The notes under the pieces: model-generated
The model's database searches: none
The model's input: only the letters and a program-made list of their open reading frames with translations
What the model was told of the DNA's origin: nothing
Shown: in pieces, positions 1 to 14,402 of the stretch
Position numbering within the stretch: the stretch's first letter is position 1
Layout: each line of letters opens with the position of its first letter
Translations under genes and position numbers: made by a program
NCBI RefSeq assembly: GCF_964204645.1
Contig: NC_134027.1
Span: forward strand, 19,306,560-19,370,559
Origin: Tubulanus polymorphus
Lineage: Eukaryota; Animalia; Nemertea
Direction: 5' to 3'
DNA: 64,000 nucleotides

Positions 1-451
1 GTTGGCAGCTCTGATAGTAAGTAGCTTCAATTCACTGATAACCAGCACAGTTGCACTCCATGCTAACAGGTTTAGAATCTTGACCCTTTGACAACTTATC
101 TTTACCCACGCCAGGTCAATGATTCAATTTTGATGTTTTCATCACTTTTAATCGAGAAAGCTCTTTGTCAGGCATAAGAGCCTAAAGGAATAATGCACTT
201 GTTGGTAATGGTCTACCATTTACTTGAATTTTTGAGCCACTTTGCAAGGTCATGCGATCCAATTAGGCTACCTTAAGCCATAGAAGACGTGATTTTGACA
301 TAAAAAGGCTCCTTAAGTGACCATACAATTTTGGTTACCATAATGTAGACCATATATTTTGTATCCAATATAATTGTCTTATTAGATAAACCAATTTTGT
401 AGAATGTACAAGTAGAAGTAGAACAGACTTAATTCTGTACAAGGTTATAAT

Positions 452-548
452 ACCAGAGGTAAAATGCAATAGGTAATAATGCCAGAAGTGAAAATGCCAG
501 AGGTAAAAATGCCAGGGGTGTTATAATGCCAGAGGTAAAAATGCCAGA
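452..548. repeat. ~15-bp minisatellite (ATGCCAGAGGTAAAA-like, about 6 units)
   Basis: direct reading. Confidence 0.85.
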
Positions 549-2703
549 AAGATATATGTACTATATTTGTATATTCATATTCAAAATAATAACAACAAAA
601 ACAAGATTTTGAATCTAATGCTTTCAACCAAACTTTTTGTTCGATTAATTATAAGAACCTAGTGTGTCAAATCTTCGTGAACTATTCATTTCATTGTTGA
701 TTTGATATTATAATTTGCAGAAAATTAGCTTGTCAAAAGCTTCTCATAAACTATTCATATAATTGTTTGATTTGATATTTCAGATTACAACAAGCAAATG
801 ATCTATATTCTATCTAATTGCGCGATCATTTTCTAATGTCCAGTAATCTTGAAATATGTTGTTTCCAAGTGTCTCCTAGTGTAAATAAATTTCATTTCCA
901 ATGTTAATACATACATGTATATATGCTCTTGCTTTAACTGCCTATGTCTTACTTTTTAAAGATAGATTTCTAATTCACTTTTCATTTTCAATTATCTAGA
1001 ACCATGTTATATCTAAACTGTGCGCTCGGTATGTCAAATCTAGTGTACCGGTAATATGAATATAACATGTTCAATATCAATGAATTCATATATTTGCCTA
1101 GTCATCTGCATATTTCCATCAGTTAATATCCCCTGCCGAATGTGATGTCAAAGGGTTAAAGTGTTATGTTGTTTTGTTAGATTGGACACATTTAAAGATA
1201 TTGCCTTGACTGTGCAACTGATTCCATTCTGTGAAAATTATTTGGTTTTCCACTTTTACATCAGTGCCCTCACAACATCATTACTTCATTAATTCAAAGA
1301 ACCTGTTCATTTTTGCAGAAGGGAAAGATAAAATGATCAAATTACAGAATTATATATTGCGTATTGGTAGATGAAGACATTCCATTTTTGAGTTGAAAAA
1401 CCTACTTAGTACGAGGTCCAATTTTTCAGTTGTTTGCATTTGAATTATTCTTACCTATGTAGGTAAATCACCCTGAAATACTTTTCACTGAAACCTTAGT
1501 TTAAGGGTTTTACAACTTCTAAATCAAATATGATGGATTTCTTAGGACTTTGATGAGTCTACCGGATCAGTTAGTTCACTTCAGGCTCCTCAGAGTAGAC
1601 ACGTAGAGCTTTACTATGCGAGAAGGTTCACATCAGGGCCTATAGACTGATATCAGGTTTCATCGCTCAGATGAAAGTAACTAGAGATTTGATTGAAATG
1701 AGATAATTGATAATGAAATAACATAATTATCTAATATATAGATACACATCACGTCTGTGGCTATATAGACTTCAAAGTAAAAAATATAGCTTTTCTAGAT
1801 GACTATTTGACTTTTCATGTTTCACTTGCAAAGTAGTGTCTTAAGTCAAAAGTAGTCTTTAAGTTGGTAGATTCAGTATAAAACTAAGATGGTCTTAGAC
1901 TGGTCTTATATCTAAGCCCTAAGTGGTGCAAGCGGTCGCCAGGTTTATGGGCTCCAATTTTTTCTTTAGAAAAGAAAGGGATGTTCGAGTATTAGTTGAT
2001 GAACTCTGAACAGGCACTAACATAGGTTCACTCCGTTATAAAGCTACTACTTTACTACTTGTCATCGACTGCAGGCTCAATTTAATAGTCATTTGGCGTA
2101 TGAAAGCAAGCGATAAAAGTAACGACGCTCATAATTGAATTAGCTGATCCATTATTTTATACCGGCACAATTTTGATAGCGTCGGGTAGCTGGTTAATTA
2201 GTTCGTTAGCCGTTAAAAATCAACTCATCAGTCTAGAGCATTGGCTAGAAATTTGCTCGGAAGCTATGCCAATTTCTTTTGAAGCTGTTTCAAATTAAGT
2301 CTGAAAAATTTTTTTTTGCAGCGTCGTAAGTTTCAGCGTGATACATTTTTCAAAGCTGCTTGTGCTATAGATCAGCGTGAAATTTCTCGTGAAGCCTAAA
2401 CTCAATGATATTGTGTCGTTTTCATGCGCTGCTTTCTTTTTCAGAATAGTTCTTGGTATCGAATTTGTAATTTAACGAAACGCCAGCGAATGACATCAGA
2501 GCATGATCGATTTTGGCCTGGCCCGGTAAAGATATTCAGTAATGTAGTGACAGTTATGATCAGAAATAGATATGATTGTGCAGAATCAATTTTTGAAAAT
2601 TCACCGTATCAATAGATAATATGTTGATAGAACAACATTGCAGTTGAAAATGGCGATATCTTGGCATTTGATTTTTGATCACCCACTTCGAAATAGCAGT
2701 CTG

Positions 2704-2748
<45 letters not shown>
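2704..2748. repeat. (TA)n microsatellite
   Basis: direct reading. Confidence 0.95.
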
Positions 2749-2753
<5 letters not shown>

Positions 2754-3097
2754 TTTCATTTTTAGAGTAGACTTTTTGGCTGGTCACTGAATATTAAAGT
2801 AGATACAGGATCGACTTTTTCTGTTATGTTTGGTAGTTTTGGCGGCATATTCCAATGAAAATTTACAGATAGGCCTATGGTGAATAGTCATCTGAGTTTG
2901 ATGAAAGTTTTCAAAATTTGCTACACCTCACATCTCTTGAAACTTGAAACACCATTCCTGACATTTAGACATGTCATGGGGATGCACAAGGTGTGTCGAC
3001 AAAGTCTATCAAGGAGGGTTATTTCATCAGCTGTATCATGTCTAATGTAAATAACATGTTCAATCTTATCCTCCTCATCTCTTGTCATTTCACACAC

Positions 3098-3152
3098 AGA
3101 GAGAGAGCGAGAGAGAGCGGGAGAGAGGGAGGAGAGGGGGAGAAAGAGAGAG
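3098..3152. repeat. (GA)n-rich microsatellite
   Basis: direct reading. Confidence 0.85.
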
Positions 3153-4111
3153 ACTGGAATATCATATTGTTTTCACTTCATTAATTTCGTCGCTATCATC
3201 ATCAAAGCCGTTGCGAGGCTGAATATGAGAGACAATTCCGGTTGAGATTTATGGAAATTGTCAAATGGGAATATTCGTTTGTTTTTTCGCTTCCTAGTTT
3301 ATATCGTCCTTGACTTCAGTGATGATGATAAGACCTTGAAAAAAGAACCAATCTAAAATGAAATGAGTAATCGGCTTGACAATCATGTAATCATTTCCAA
3401 GGTCCTTATAATTGTCATATATAATGTATTATGTGTATAAACCTATTATGAATTTATGTTTGTACTTTATAATCATCAAATGAATTAAATCAAGTTCCCA
3501 CTTGATAATTTGAATGTTGTTATGAAGGGGACCCCTTGTTGGAAGGAATCCTCAGTGCATTTCCCGACAAATTCATACCTGATTTGCATTTTCCAATTTG
3601 GCCGGGTTAACAATGACATGGAAACCACATATTCTAGAGCAATTGACAATGTTGCCAAAGAAAAAGCACTAACACAAAATTCCGATTGAATTGAATCGAT
3701 AGTAGCCACATTCTCGCTAGTTACTCCAGCCTGTACCTGGTACAGACCAATTTGATTGGCAATCAGAGCTAAGTTTCTATTCACACAAGAGATTGCCCGG
3801 TCTAAAATTTATAACTGACGATCTGTTTTTTAGGTCGTTCAAAAATGGTTTGGTTCATTCTTGAATGGACTTAGTTTTTTTTTTACTGAGAAAAACGTAG
3901 TATGAACGCGGCTAATAGCATTTTTAACGCAAGAAGTGTGGGCCGGATCAATCATATCTATTTACGTTTAATTATAATCATATCATAATCATAGATCTAG
4001 GCACAATGTTTATGGGTATACCAATGATGCAGCCTAAAGGTTATTAAAGGTCATTATCGGATTAATTTTCAGAATTTCTACTAAACAGTTTAATATACTC
4101 CTGTTAACCTG

Positions 4112-4292
4112 CATCCTCCCTCGGCATGGATTTGAACCTGATGGCATCTCTAGACTCAGCCATGGCACGAAATCCTGCCACACTAGCCTGAGTGCCCTGG
4201 ATTTCTGAGCTGCACATTCGGGCTAATCGGGCAGGGTTTCGGCCCGTGGCAGTCTCAATACCATCAGGTTTGAATCCGTGCTGGGGAGGATG
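4112..4292. mobile_element. palindromic MITE; related copy at 33781-34056
   Basis: catcctccctcggcatggatttgaacctgatgg ... ccatcaggtttgaatccgtgctggggaggatg inverted ends. Confidence 0.7.
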
Positions 4293-5242
4293 ATTGACCT
4301 ACTGAAGTATTTCTCCCCACAGGTTTCTCATATGAAGATGTTGAATAATCGGACAGCTGGTTCCATTTTTCTCCATCGTTAATAGGGGTGTCACTGCAAT
4401 ATCTTGAGCAAAGATGTCGACGGATCTACATTTGACGCATCTGCTGTAGGGACTGTCTGCACACACGTCGAGACATCTCATTCTGTTGCCATTGGGTTTA
4501 ATGGGTTCATGTAAATAGAGCAGCCTATAACACCCATCAATATTCAATGAAAGTTCTTCCCAGTCTATATCGCTATCCAATGAAGCAATTTTCAAAATGA
4601 TTGGTATTTTCTATGAGACCAGGGAAGACAATAGGGGGGGGGGGTTATTGATTCATATTTTCACGCAGCATACTGCAAAAATTCACAGAGTTTCATGCAA
4701 GAAATCTGAGAAACACATTTCACATTTACGAAGCCTTCGGCAGCCGACCAGCCATCAATTTAACTGATCATAGACACTCATATCATAGATTCACATCGTT
4801 TTATGGAAAAATTGACGTTCACATGACCCCTCAAAATCTACAATTTTTCCGCACTTTTCCTTAACTTTTCAATTATGCACAAATTCACATTAAAAGAAAA
4901 AACATTTGAAATCACAGTTAACAAAAAATGTTGTCGCCCTGGGAGACTATAGCCAATTCAAAGTGGTAAGCTATGTTTTCACTACAACCATGCATAGATC
5001 CGTTGATGTCAAGAATCGTGCTGTTGACCCAGATACTAGTGGAGGATGGTGTTAGACCTAGAATCAATGGATACCAAATCCTATCATCACTCTTATTAGA
5101 GAGATTTCAAGTATTTTTATGCTTCAATCTATCAGATAGAAGTTATTCTTGAATTCTGAATTTAATTTCATGCATCAAGGCAAACATGAAAGTTCTATTC
5201 GAGGGTTTAAGGCCTTGAATACGTAATTCCATATTAACCTTC

Positions 5243-5710
5243 TAATAATAATAATAATGATAATAATGTTTATTCTTATATAGTGTTATTCTCATTACAG
5301 ACTCGTAATACTTTACATAAAACAGGATAAGTAATAGGGAGGATTAAAATATAAAATTATACAGAGCCATAACAACATTTCAATCATAAGTTTCATTAAA
5401 AAAGTGAGTTTTTAGCCTCTTTTTAAAAATTGACAGTGACTCGCTATCACGAATAGATTTCAGCAATGAGTTCCATAAAGTAGGACTCGCATGACTAAAA
5501 GATTTAAAGCCAATGTTCCTCCGAGGAAATGGTTTACAGAGGATTGACCTATCCAAACTTGGGCGTAGTTGACGACGGGAAATGTATGGAGTTAAAAGTT
5601 CAGATAAATAGGTGCTTTATTATTTAGACATTTGTATGTCATTAATAATATTTTGAAATCAATACGTTTATAAACTAGAAGCCAGTGGAGTTGTTTTAAA
5701 ATAGTGCAAT
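5243..5710 (-). mobile_element. L2/CR1-clade LINE 3' fragment, decayed ORF2 C-terminus with (TAA)n tail
   Basis: minus-strand translation LKQLHWL...RIDFKILLMTYKCL...SFSHASPTLWNSL...FKKRLKTHFF. Confidence 0.85.
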
Positions 5711-7036
5711 ATCTGCAATTCATTAATTAATGAGACAGGTAATCCAGTTAAAAGAGAATTAGAGTAAAAATTGATTTTGGTTACTTGCATTAATGCTAAT
5801 TTTCTCTTTCATTGTTATTATTATTATTTTATTATGTACAAATTTTAAACATTTTCCTTTTTAAGTACACATTTTATATCACCCATAATCGTGTGAGATT
5901 TTATGATGTATGAATATTGAATTGTATTGTAATAGTTCAGGAGGCTCAATTCTGAACAGATATAATCATGTAATGATGATTTTTGCCCATGTCTTTAAAA
6001 CTGGGTACAGATTATTATTTGTAAGTTTTATACATGACTTTCGGATATGTGGGAAGGATTTCAAATCGATGCTCTAGTTTGAACTTCATTTGCTAGTTGT
6101 AATATTCTCAGTAGCTCATAGCTGAATAACGAGATGTATAGATTTCAGTTCATTGTCTCGGTAAAAGGTTGAGTTATATGGAATAAGAAAAATAAAGGAG
6201 TTATATGGAATAAGAAAAATAAAGGACATCATTACTCGAAATATCATCAATTGTGTTTCCATCATCTGACTGGGTTAAATGAAATATCAGTTTTGACCAG
6301 AAGACAAATAACCTGCTATTGATCTGAACTATTTATAGGCAACAGTTAAATGCTATAGTAGACACAGTATTTCATTGATAGACTCAATAACTGCACTTAG
6401 AAGATAGGGAGTAAAATGTACATATCAATGTCAAGGTCTTAGTAAAAAGTTGATTTACATGGCGTAAGAAAAATAAAGAACCACATTTCTTGAAATATCA
6501 TCGCATTTGTCATACACAGTTTTGACTCAGAGACATGTTACCTGATATTGAGGTCTTGCAGCCAACTCCGTAATGGGTATACCACCAACTATCCTTATCA
6601 TGTAATGTGGCTTTTTAAGCGAGATAAATTCACCATTTTACTGTGCCACATTGCTTAACTTCTTAAACTCAATCAATTTGTGTCTTACATGCACCCTAAT
6701 TATCATTCTGAGTTTATATAAAAGATTTTTAGATTGGACGGCCAAAAATTCTGATCAAAGCAAGTTGAAGATGAACTAATTTTGATTGTGACATGTCAGT
6801 GGTGCTGTATGCTGGTATACCTGGTATGCAGGAATTTCAACTGGAAGTGGATCTTTCATCTTCTACATTTTATCAATAAGAAATTTTAACATGTGAACGT
6901 GGATGTATGGAATTTCACCTGGCACCCATTAGGGTTCCCCAATCTACTTCCCCATTTTGCCTGACTTATGGGCTTAAATGTGTCATGGTTCTGTAATGAA
7001 AATATGCGAATATTTTGTGTTTTCTTTATTTTGTAG

Positions 7037-7199
7037 TTTATTTACTACAACGCGAAGAAAATAAACGATAGGTGTGAAAATGGTGATCTGATGCCTGATT
7101 CCCTTGCATTGGACCTTGTTGAGAATCCAAAATTCGACTACATACCAACTAATGATAACCAAAGTACCGTTCATGTACCCACTAATGTCTACGATAAAT
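7037..7199 (+). CDS. CACNA2D3: alpha2delta exon (phase 0-1) FIYYNAKKINDR...STVHVPTNVYDK
   Basis: ttgtag acceptor, gtaagt donor, VWA_N motif VHVPTNVY. Confidence 0.93.
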
Positions 7200-7591
7200 G
7201 TAAGTACACTTATCTAAGCCCTGGTCACTGAATCAGGCTATGCAGGCAACCAAATGTAGGACCCTTACAACAATATACTGTCACTCAAAGAAAGCCTTCT
7301 CATTTGTGCCAGTATCACGCTCATCCCTGGGGATATCTACAGGCTAAGGTGATAACTATCATAGATGAAACACCATGGAAACAAATGACAAATTTTGAAA
7401 TGTTCTTTGGAGAATCATTTTCATGGCAAAACGCGTGAAGGTGTTTTTCGATATTATTCAGTCTGAATGTTTCAGGGAGATGAGATCGCGTCATGCGGGT
7501 CTGCCAGTTATGTGCACGGCCGGCATAATAGCGGCTATTTTAGATATCCATGGTAACTGACCTTATAATGAATTTTTATTTCGTTCTATAG

Positions 7592-7723
7592 CCGATCCTG
7601 TGGTAAATGGTGTAAATTGGACAGATGGATTGAATAACGTGTTTATCCAAAATTATAAAAATGACCCCGGTTTATCATGGCAATATTTTGGAAGTGCATC
7701 AGGGTTTTTCCGTATTTATCCAG
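7592..7723 (+). CDS. CACNA2D3: alpha2delta exon (1-1) [17 protein letters not shown]...[15 protein letters not shown]
   Basis: ctatag / gtatgt; WQYFGS motif. Confidence 0.95.
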
Positions 7724-7736
7724 GTATGTAACCAAT

Positions 7737-7840
<104 letters not shown>

Positions 7841-9367
7841 GTCTTATTGAAACTCGTTTACATAAATATGAAAGGCTCTCAGGGGTTGAATTAATTTTGG
7901 GGTATTATTCCAAAACGAAAAACTTGAAAATGTCAAATAGGAAGAATTGTTGTATTGATTAGTGATGCAAACCAAAATGATTTATTGACTTTTATTCATC
8001 AGTTTGTTTCAAACTTTCAAAAAATTCAGTTAATTTTGATGATACTCCTAATTTTGTAGCTTGAACGCATCCCAAAAATTCAGCACTGGGTACCAAATGA
8101 AATACCGTCTTGCTTTGTTTCGAATTGTTCGAGGATTTAAAATCAATGCTTCATCAACTATCATTTTTGCTATTGTTAGAAATGACAGAATTCAATTCAT
8201 TTTCAATTAAGAATTTGACAATCAATTTCAACTGTGATCTAAAAAGTAAGAATATTTTTTACCAATGGTCGAAGTATGCTTTTTATTATGAAAATCATTG
8301 TCTACTCTTCTAAAACTGATTTGGTAGCTTCTTGTTCGGCGTCAATTCTAAACATGTATACTTAATGGAATTGTTTATTTTGAAAAACAAGTGTTGTTTA
8401 ACAAGGGTCATCAGAATTTCAAACAAATCCGATTTATGGAGTGTTGTGGGCAAGTACTTTGTTGACCTAAGTACAAAAGATGCCAGTTAGGGGATGCCAA
8501 AATTTGGGATTCAAGCCCTGCATTTGATACCATGCTGTCCCCATGTAAGACAAATGTAGGTCTCCTTGGTAAAAATCCCCAATTCTTTATTAAAGAGGTA
8601 AAAATCCCAACTTGACAATTTTTTAAGAACATCAAGGCAAGATTAATACAATATTTCTCTAATTCTATTTATTCATTATAATGTTAGTATTTTTCTGGCT
8701 CTTTTGCTATCGTGAGAATTAAGAACAAATGAAATGTAGAGTGAATGAACTTTTTAAAATTCAAACTGTGATATATTTGGACTGTGTGATGAACTCTTTT
8801 TGACCCTGTCTTTGGTGATATATTGCACTGTGTGATGTAATATATCTTTAGAATTAATGAAACATTTCACTTGTAATAGGCCAATTGAACCGTGCGATGA
8901 ACTCGTGACATTTAACTCGTGACATTTTTCAGCTGTGCAATAAATTTGAGTATTAATGAACTTTGTTTTGTAGTTTTCAATTCAAATTGTACAAAAACTT
9001 TTTATGTTCATGATATTCTGATACATTACCGTACAGTAAAATATGAATAAATTGAATATATCAATACCAATAAATTAACCTCATCCATATGCACTCCATT
9101 TAAAAGGTGAGAGATTTCTACTTTAAAGAATGGGGTCTTTTTACCTTGGCGATTTTTACCCTTAGGAATATTACCTGTGGGATTTTTACCTGGTGGACTT
9201 ATCCAGCTAACCAGCAAGACACCTATGCCTGTTACTTTAATCGATCGGCTGATGTGCCTTCTGAGTGTGCTCTTTTTCTGTCATCAAAATGAGATATCGG
9301 ATCCGTTATATTAGTCCCTACTACTAACAATGAAAACAATTTTATTTTAAATGACTGAATCATTCAG

Positions 9368-9422
9368 GAATGAAATGGCATTATGCTGATATTGATTTGT
9401 ACGATGCCCGAATGCAGCCATG
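9368..9422 (+). CDS. CACNA2D3: alpha2delta exon (1-2) MKWHYADIDLYDARMQPW
   Basis: attcag / gtaagt; matches the YDxRxxxWY motif. Confidence 0.92.
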
Positions 9423-9960
9423 GTAAGTGAACATATCAACTACTTTTGGTGTTGTATCTTTTTTCTAGTTGTGCCTCAGGTTGTGGTGGTTAAAGGGAGT
9501 GTTTGCACCTGCTATTTTCAAGAAGATATATTGAAAAAAGTATGGCAATATTGTTGGTATATGGATATATGTATATATTTTTTAATGTTCCAATGTATAA
9601 TCTTGCACTTCATGCTCTTCACAGGGTAACTTTGTCAGGGATGATCAGAAAAAGAAGATTCTATTTTGCTGTTATCAGTTATCTGATCTATTGTTGGGCA
9701 TAATATGTATGAAATCTGTTATCAAGCAAGCCTTGACAGAAAATGAATTTGTTGCCAAGCAAATGTAGTCTTATGTGCTGTGATTTAGCAAAAATAGAAG
9801 CGTGAACAGGGACCAGTTGCTCAAATATTTGATTTATTGTAAGCAAATTATCACAAAGATTAAATGTAGAGCTAGAAAAGAAAAAAGGTCAAAGCCAAGA
9901 TAGATTATATCATAAATTCATAAAGACTACCATAAAGTCTTTATGAATTGTTGATTATAT

Positions 9961-10430
9961 TCAGAGGAAGCTATACGTTCCTGACAGCTTGACAATTTTC
10001 TGAATTCCTGTTGAAAAGGTGAATATTAAGTTCACACTAAAACACATTTTAGAATAAATTGGACATCTCAAAACATGGCAATTCCAGAAAGATACATACA
10101 TAGTTGAATATTCCCTGAGTAAATGGGGTTGAGTCTCTATTCTGGAGGTGAAATTTATTCCAGGACTTTCCCAATCTAGAAATACATGTACATTAATTCT
10201 ATTCTCTCTTATTTGGTTGAATTTGGCTAATCGATTTTCGACAATGTCCAATTCATATTCAAATCTCTTGATAACTACTGAAATTCTGTTTACGATATTG
10301 GAAGCAATTTTCTGTTTGTATCATAAGTGATATATTTAGTTGTTGGTTGCTGATGCTGGTGTTAGTAGATGCAGTATTATTTAGTTGATGTATTCTCCGC
10401 GCTGTCGGGATAATTAGACTCATCGGATTC
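9961..10430 (-). mobile_element. highly decayed L1/Tx1-like LINE RT fragment
   Basis: minus-strand remnants SLIIP..., KIASNIVNRISVVI..., NQIRE resemble RT domains 0-3. Confidence 0.45.
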
Positions 10431-11663
10431 ATGGCATGCAGGGATGTATACACTAGAGGTTACTGTCCAGCTATTATATATAGTTTATGTTCATTTAATA
10501 TCTCGTATTGGTTGCATATATGAATTCTTTCGGTAATTGGACTTGACAGTAAGCAAAAGCAAGAGAGTGCAAGAGGGAGAGTGGGTGAAGGGAAGGGAGG
10601 AGAGTGAAGAGCTGAGGAAGGTAGAAAGGATGACAGAAATGTAAGGGAGATGAATTTAGAGGAGGTGAGATAGGAATGGCTAGCTGTGAAGGAAATGGGT
10701 TATATGGAGATAGGAAGAATGGAAAGATGTGGATGAAATTTGAATACCAGTAGAACAAATTTGATTTATGCATGATAGAATGCTTTAACCAAAGCAAAAA
10801 AGATCCGACTTTATGCATAAGTATTGTTCAATGATTTTGGCTGCATGTCACTTGATTCTCTCATATTTCATGAATAGTTAGTTGGTCCAGAGTTTCAGGC
10901 ATCTTTTGGCACTGCCAATCCTCCAATGTGCAGATTGTCAACAGGACCAAAAGAAAAAGATCCAAGACTGTTTTTGTTAAGCTTACTTATGAGGACCTTG
11001 TGCCACCAGCTATCCCAACAGATACAGATGGCGTGTGTAACAATAGGACAAACTGATTAAAATTCAGTTTATTTTCATCTAGATTTTTAGTCTCCCACAT
11101 GCAACTCATGTTTAGGATTCATATTAAACATGATTTTCATTCATCATCCATTGAGAAATTATGGATACACAAGGCTGGAAAAAACTTTTTCAGAGTGTGT
11201 GCCATATAACAGACGGTGCTGGTCAATAGAATTTTAGTGCCTGTCAAATTAGGAAAAGCTAAAAAAATTGGAATAAGGTGATATAAAATCCCTTTGTTAT
11301 TAGGATCCATCAGCTCTAAGCTGTTTGGAAGTACTGGGAGAAAGTGTGCAAAATTTCAATGCTTAACCTTTCTCTTGATGATATCACAGGAAAAGCCCTT
11401 CCGAAAGGCATTACTTGGAATGCCCTATAGAAGGGCTTTCCCAGTGGACATCCTCATCAAGAACATAGTATTGATTGTTCTGCCATGTGCTAGCGAGTCA
11501 GAGGGAAAACCCATTACCATGTATATCATCCAAGTTGAACATGCTTCACAGCGCACCATGATTTCATTATTTCATTTTTATTAGCTGTTTATACCTTATC
11601 GTAAATCCGAGAACAAATCGATTTTTTTGCTCAGAAGTAAAATATTCTCAGTTGATCCTTCAG

Positions 11664-11794
11664 GGGCCGGTTGCATAATCATGGCTTCAACTTAAGACGA
11701 GTCTTAAACCAACTTAATTCTATAGCCAATCTAACAACTTAAGACCAGTCTTAAGATATAAGACCACTTTCGTTCACGACTGTGCAACTGGCCT
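11664..11794. mobile_element. PIF/Harbinger-type MITE (~130 bp); family also at 34513, 50251 and, decayed, ~1835-1940
   Basis: GGGCCGGTTGCA...TGCAACTGGCC TIRs, CWG flanks, internal TTAAGACC repeats. Confidence 0.8.
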
Positions 11795-12639
11795 CTGGAC
11801 CCATGGTCCTTTATTTCACTAATAAGATTGATGTTTTTTACTAATAAAATTGAAGTCATGGAATATAATGTATGAATTCTTTATTGAAATAAACTCAAAA
11901 CTGAATTGAAATTTTAACAATAGAAAAGATTGAGGCCATCGACCTGCATTAAAGCTCGTTAGATTACATCACATCATCTTACCTCTTTTGACCGATTTTC
12001 AGTAGAATTATCTCTGTCTTTACTTAGTCGCCATTTTCATATGATCAATTTGCATCTAATTCAAATCTTATATTGAATACATTATACATCTCTCCACTTG
12101 AGTATTCACTAAACTATGTAGTCAGTGGCGTGCTTTGATTGTGTGTTTGTGCGTGTGAGTTGGTCTGTGCGTTTGTGTGTTATGTCTTTTCTTCCTTACT
12201 AGGGTGTCTAAATCTACAAGCTTTCCTTTATTCCAGGCTCCCCTGCTGTTATTTTATTGCAGCATATAAAAAATAAAACAAAAAATCATAATTTATCCTA
12301 TTAATATAATCATTATTGTGATTCATTTTATGTTGATATAAATTATTCAGGTAATAAATGATATGATATACTATATGCAGGGACCATTTCTGCTCCCATC
12401 ATGCACTGCAGTTGGAACTATTAGTATGCACTGCGAACACATGATGGAAGCAATGCACAATGTCATAGTACTGTTGTGTGACATCTCAATAAAATTTTGT
12501 TGGTCAATAACCATGACCGACGGCTTATTTCCAGCCTTGATCCTGGATGTATTTTGATTGAATTCAATAATAAATCTGACATTGTTGTTTGAATTCACAC
12601 TGATGAACCCGCCTGGCACCTTGTGGGCCCCCACTTCAT

Positions 12640-13312
12640 GATTGCCTCTGTCAACTATATGGCGACCATAATTTGTTCAAAGGTGGTATTTGGCTTCTAG
12701 CTCCTAAACCATTAGAGATAGAATAGTGGTTCCAATTGCATTCATTGGCCCTTGACTAGACACTTGATGGCTTGACTGTGTTACTTATACAGTTCTCCAG
12801 TAGTGCCGCCTACAAAATGTGGAAAAAAACAGATTTTTGTCTATATCTACTAATTGGATAAAGGGATTAGAATGAAAATTTATACACATGTTCCTAATAT
12901 AAAATGTGTAAAAAAAATTTCCACATCAGTTTTTCGCGTGAAAATCGGTAGCTTTTATTACATATATCAAAAATTGGTACATATGTACAAGTGCATATGT
13001 GCAACATACCACCTGGCATAAATACGTAGTTCATTCAGCTGCCACTAGGGGAATTCGCAGTGAAAGAACCGTATCTTCGGTATCCTTAAAGCTATTTTGA
13101 ATAAACTTGGCATGTACATCAGTACTTTGTACATAGAAGCCCATATTGATCCACAAATCTAATGTATGTTTTACCCGTAGGTGGTACCCCCAAAAATAGC
13201 CATTTTTATGAACTGTTAAAGATTGATTGCCACAAAACTTTGTATGCTTCATGGTACAGGCGTTTCAACTAGCAGTGCAGAAAATCCGTAATCGCTGCTT
13301 TGCAACTATATT
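12640..13312 (-). mobile_element. Helentron/HINE-type fragment
   Basis: ends in gtgcagaaaatccgtaatcgctgctttgcaactatattt, the same terminus as 40586-40625; left boundary approximate. Confidence 0.55.
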
Positions 13313-13346
13313 TTTATTTACTTGCTAGTCTAATGATATCTTGCAG

Positions 13347-13497
13347 GTATATCGAGGCAGCAACTTCACCAAAGGATGTTGTGCTGATAGTAGATTCAAG
13401 TGGTAGTATGACAGGACTGCGTTTGGAGATTGCAAAAGCCACAGTCCGTAAAATTCTCGATACACTTAGTGATAATGACTACTTTAATATCATTGCT
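13347..13497 (+). CDS. CACNA2D3: alpha2delta exon (2-0), VWA start with MIDAS DSSGS
   Basis: ttgcag / gtaaga; [50 protein letters not shown]. Confidence 0.97.
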
Positions 13498-14111
13498 GTA
13501 AGATATATCATCCAAAAAGTAACCAGAGGCGCTTTTTTTTTGAATAAACCAATTGGGTTTCGGTGTACTAAGTTGAGAGGCCATTGAAACTGGTGTAGGC
13601 AAGGTAATCGTTTATACAACGATTTAGATTTTTGGCATAGTGAGATTGTAAATTATTAGTTCTCTGTATGCTCGAATCTGCTGTAATCTTGGTTGAGTCT
13701 CTACTCCAAAAAAGCCGCTCCTCAGAAGGTTTAGTGGTTTGACTCAAACTATTCAAGTTTACGGAAAAAAATGTGGCGGTTCAAGCAAAATGGCTTCCCC
13801 TATCGATTTTTGCAATACAACCTAATCGGTTTGCTCTAACCAAATGTGCCTCAAACCTGACTACTACTATTTGTGAGTAGATCTTACTCTTTCTTAGACC
13901 TTTTAATCATAAAATACCTATATCATCAGGTGATACCTTTGAAAGCAGAATAATTTCAAGTTCATATTCAACAAAGATAGATATTCTCAAAATCAAATTG
14001 CTTAACAGAGAAATCAACTCCTACTAAAAACATTGTGGAGGTCATGAAAATGAATTCTAAAGATGACATCTTCAAATGTTCTAACAATGATATGTGGATT
14101 TATTTATTTAG

Positions 14112-14186
14112 TTCAATAAGACTTATCATTATATCGACCCCTGTGCGAAAGATCGACTTATACCAGCAACTCCGGATAATAAACTG
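14112..14186 (+). CDS. CACNA2D3: alpha2delta exon (0-0) FNKTYHYIDPCAKDRLIPATPDNKL
   Basis: atttag / gtaagt; PC...L..A...NK pattern. Confidence 0.92.
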
Positions 14187-14402
14187 GTAAGTAACAAGGG
14201 AAGTGTTGGTAGTTTTCGCCTAACCCCCAACTTTTTTAAGCAATATTTAAGTAAACTATCATGATAAATGTTTACTGTGTCAGAGAATTGCCTTTAAAAC
14301 TGGCTTCAGCTCCAAGTCATAATTTGAAGATTTATCAGAAAAAAATTATTTTAGTTATTGATTCAACTTTAATGAAAGTAGCATCAGTGTACTACTTAAA
14401 TG

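Noticed and set aside
3485-3784. 99-aa minus-strand ORF
   Set aside because: Only faint resemblance to a CR1 ORF2 tail; too decayed to call.
1-7036. Upstream alpha2delta exons or a promoter
   Set aside because: The AG-flanked candidates I tried (near 720, 783, 1180, 6732) hit stops or lack family resemblance; the region looks intronic.
10495-10818. 107-aa Pro/Leu/Phe-rich ORF
   Set aside because: Translation of a purine-rich low-complexity tract.
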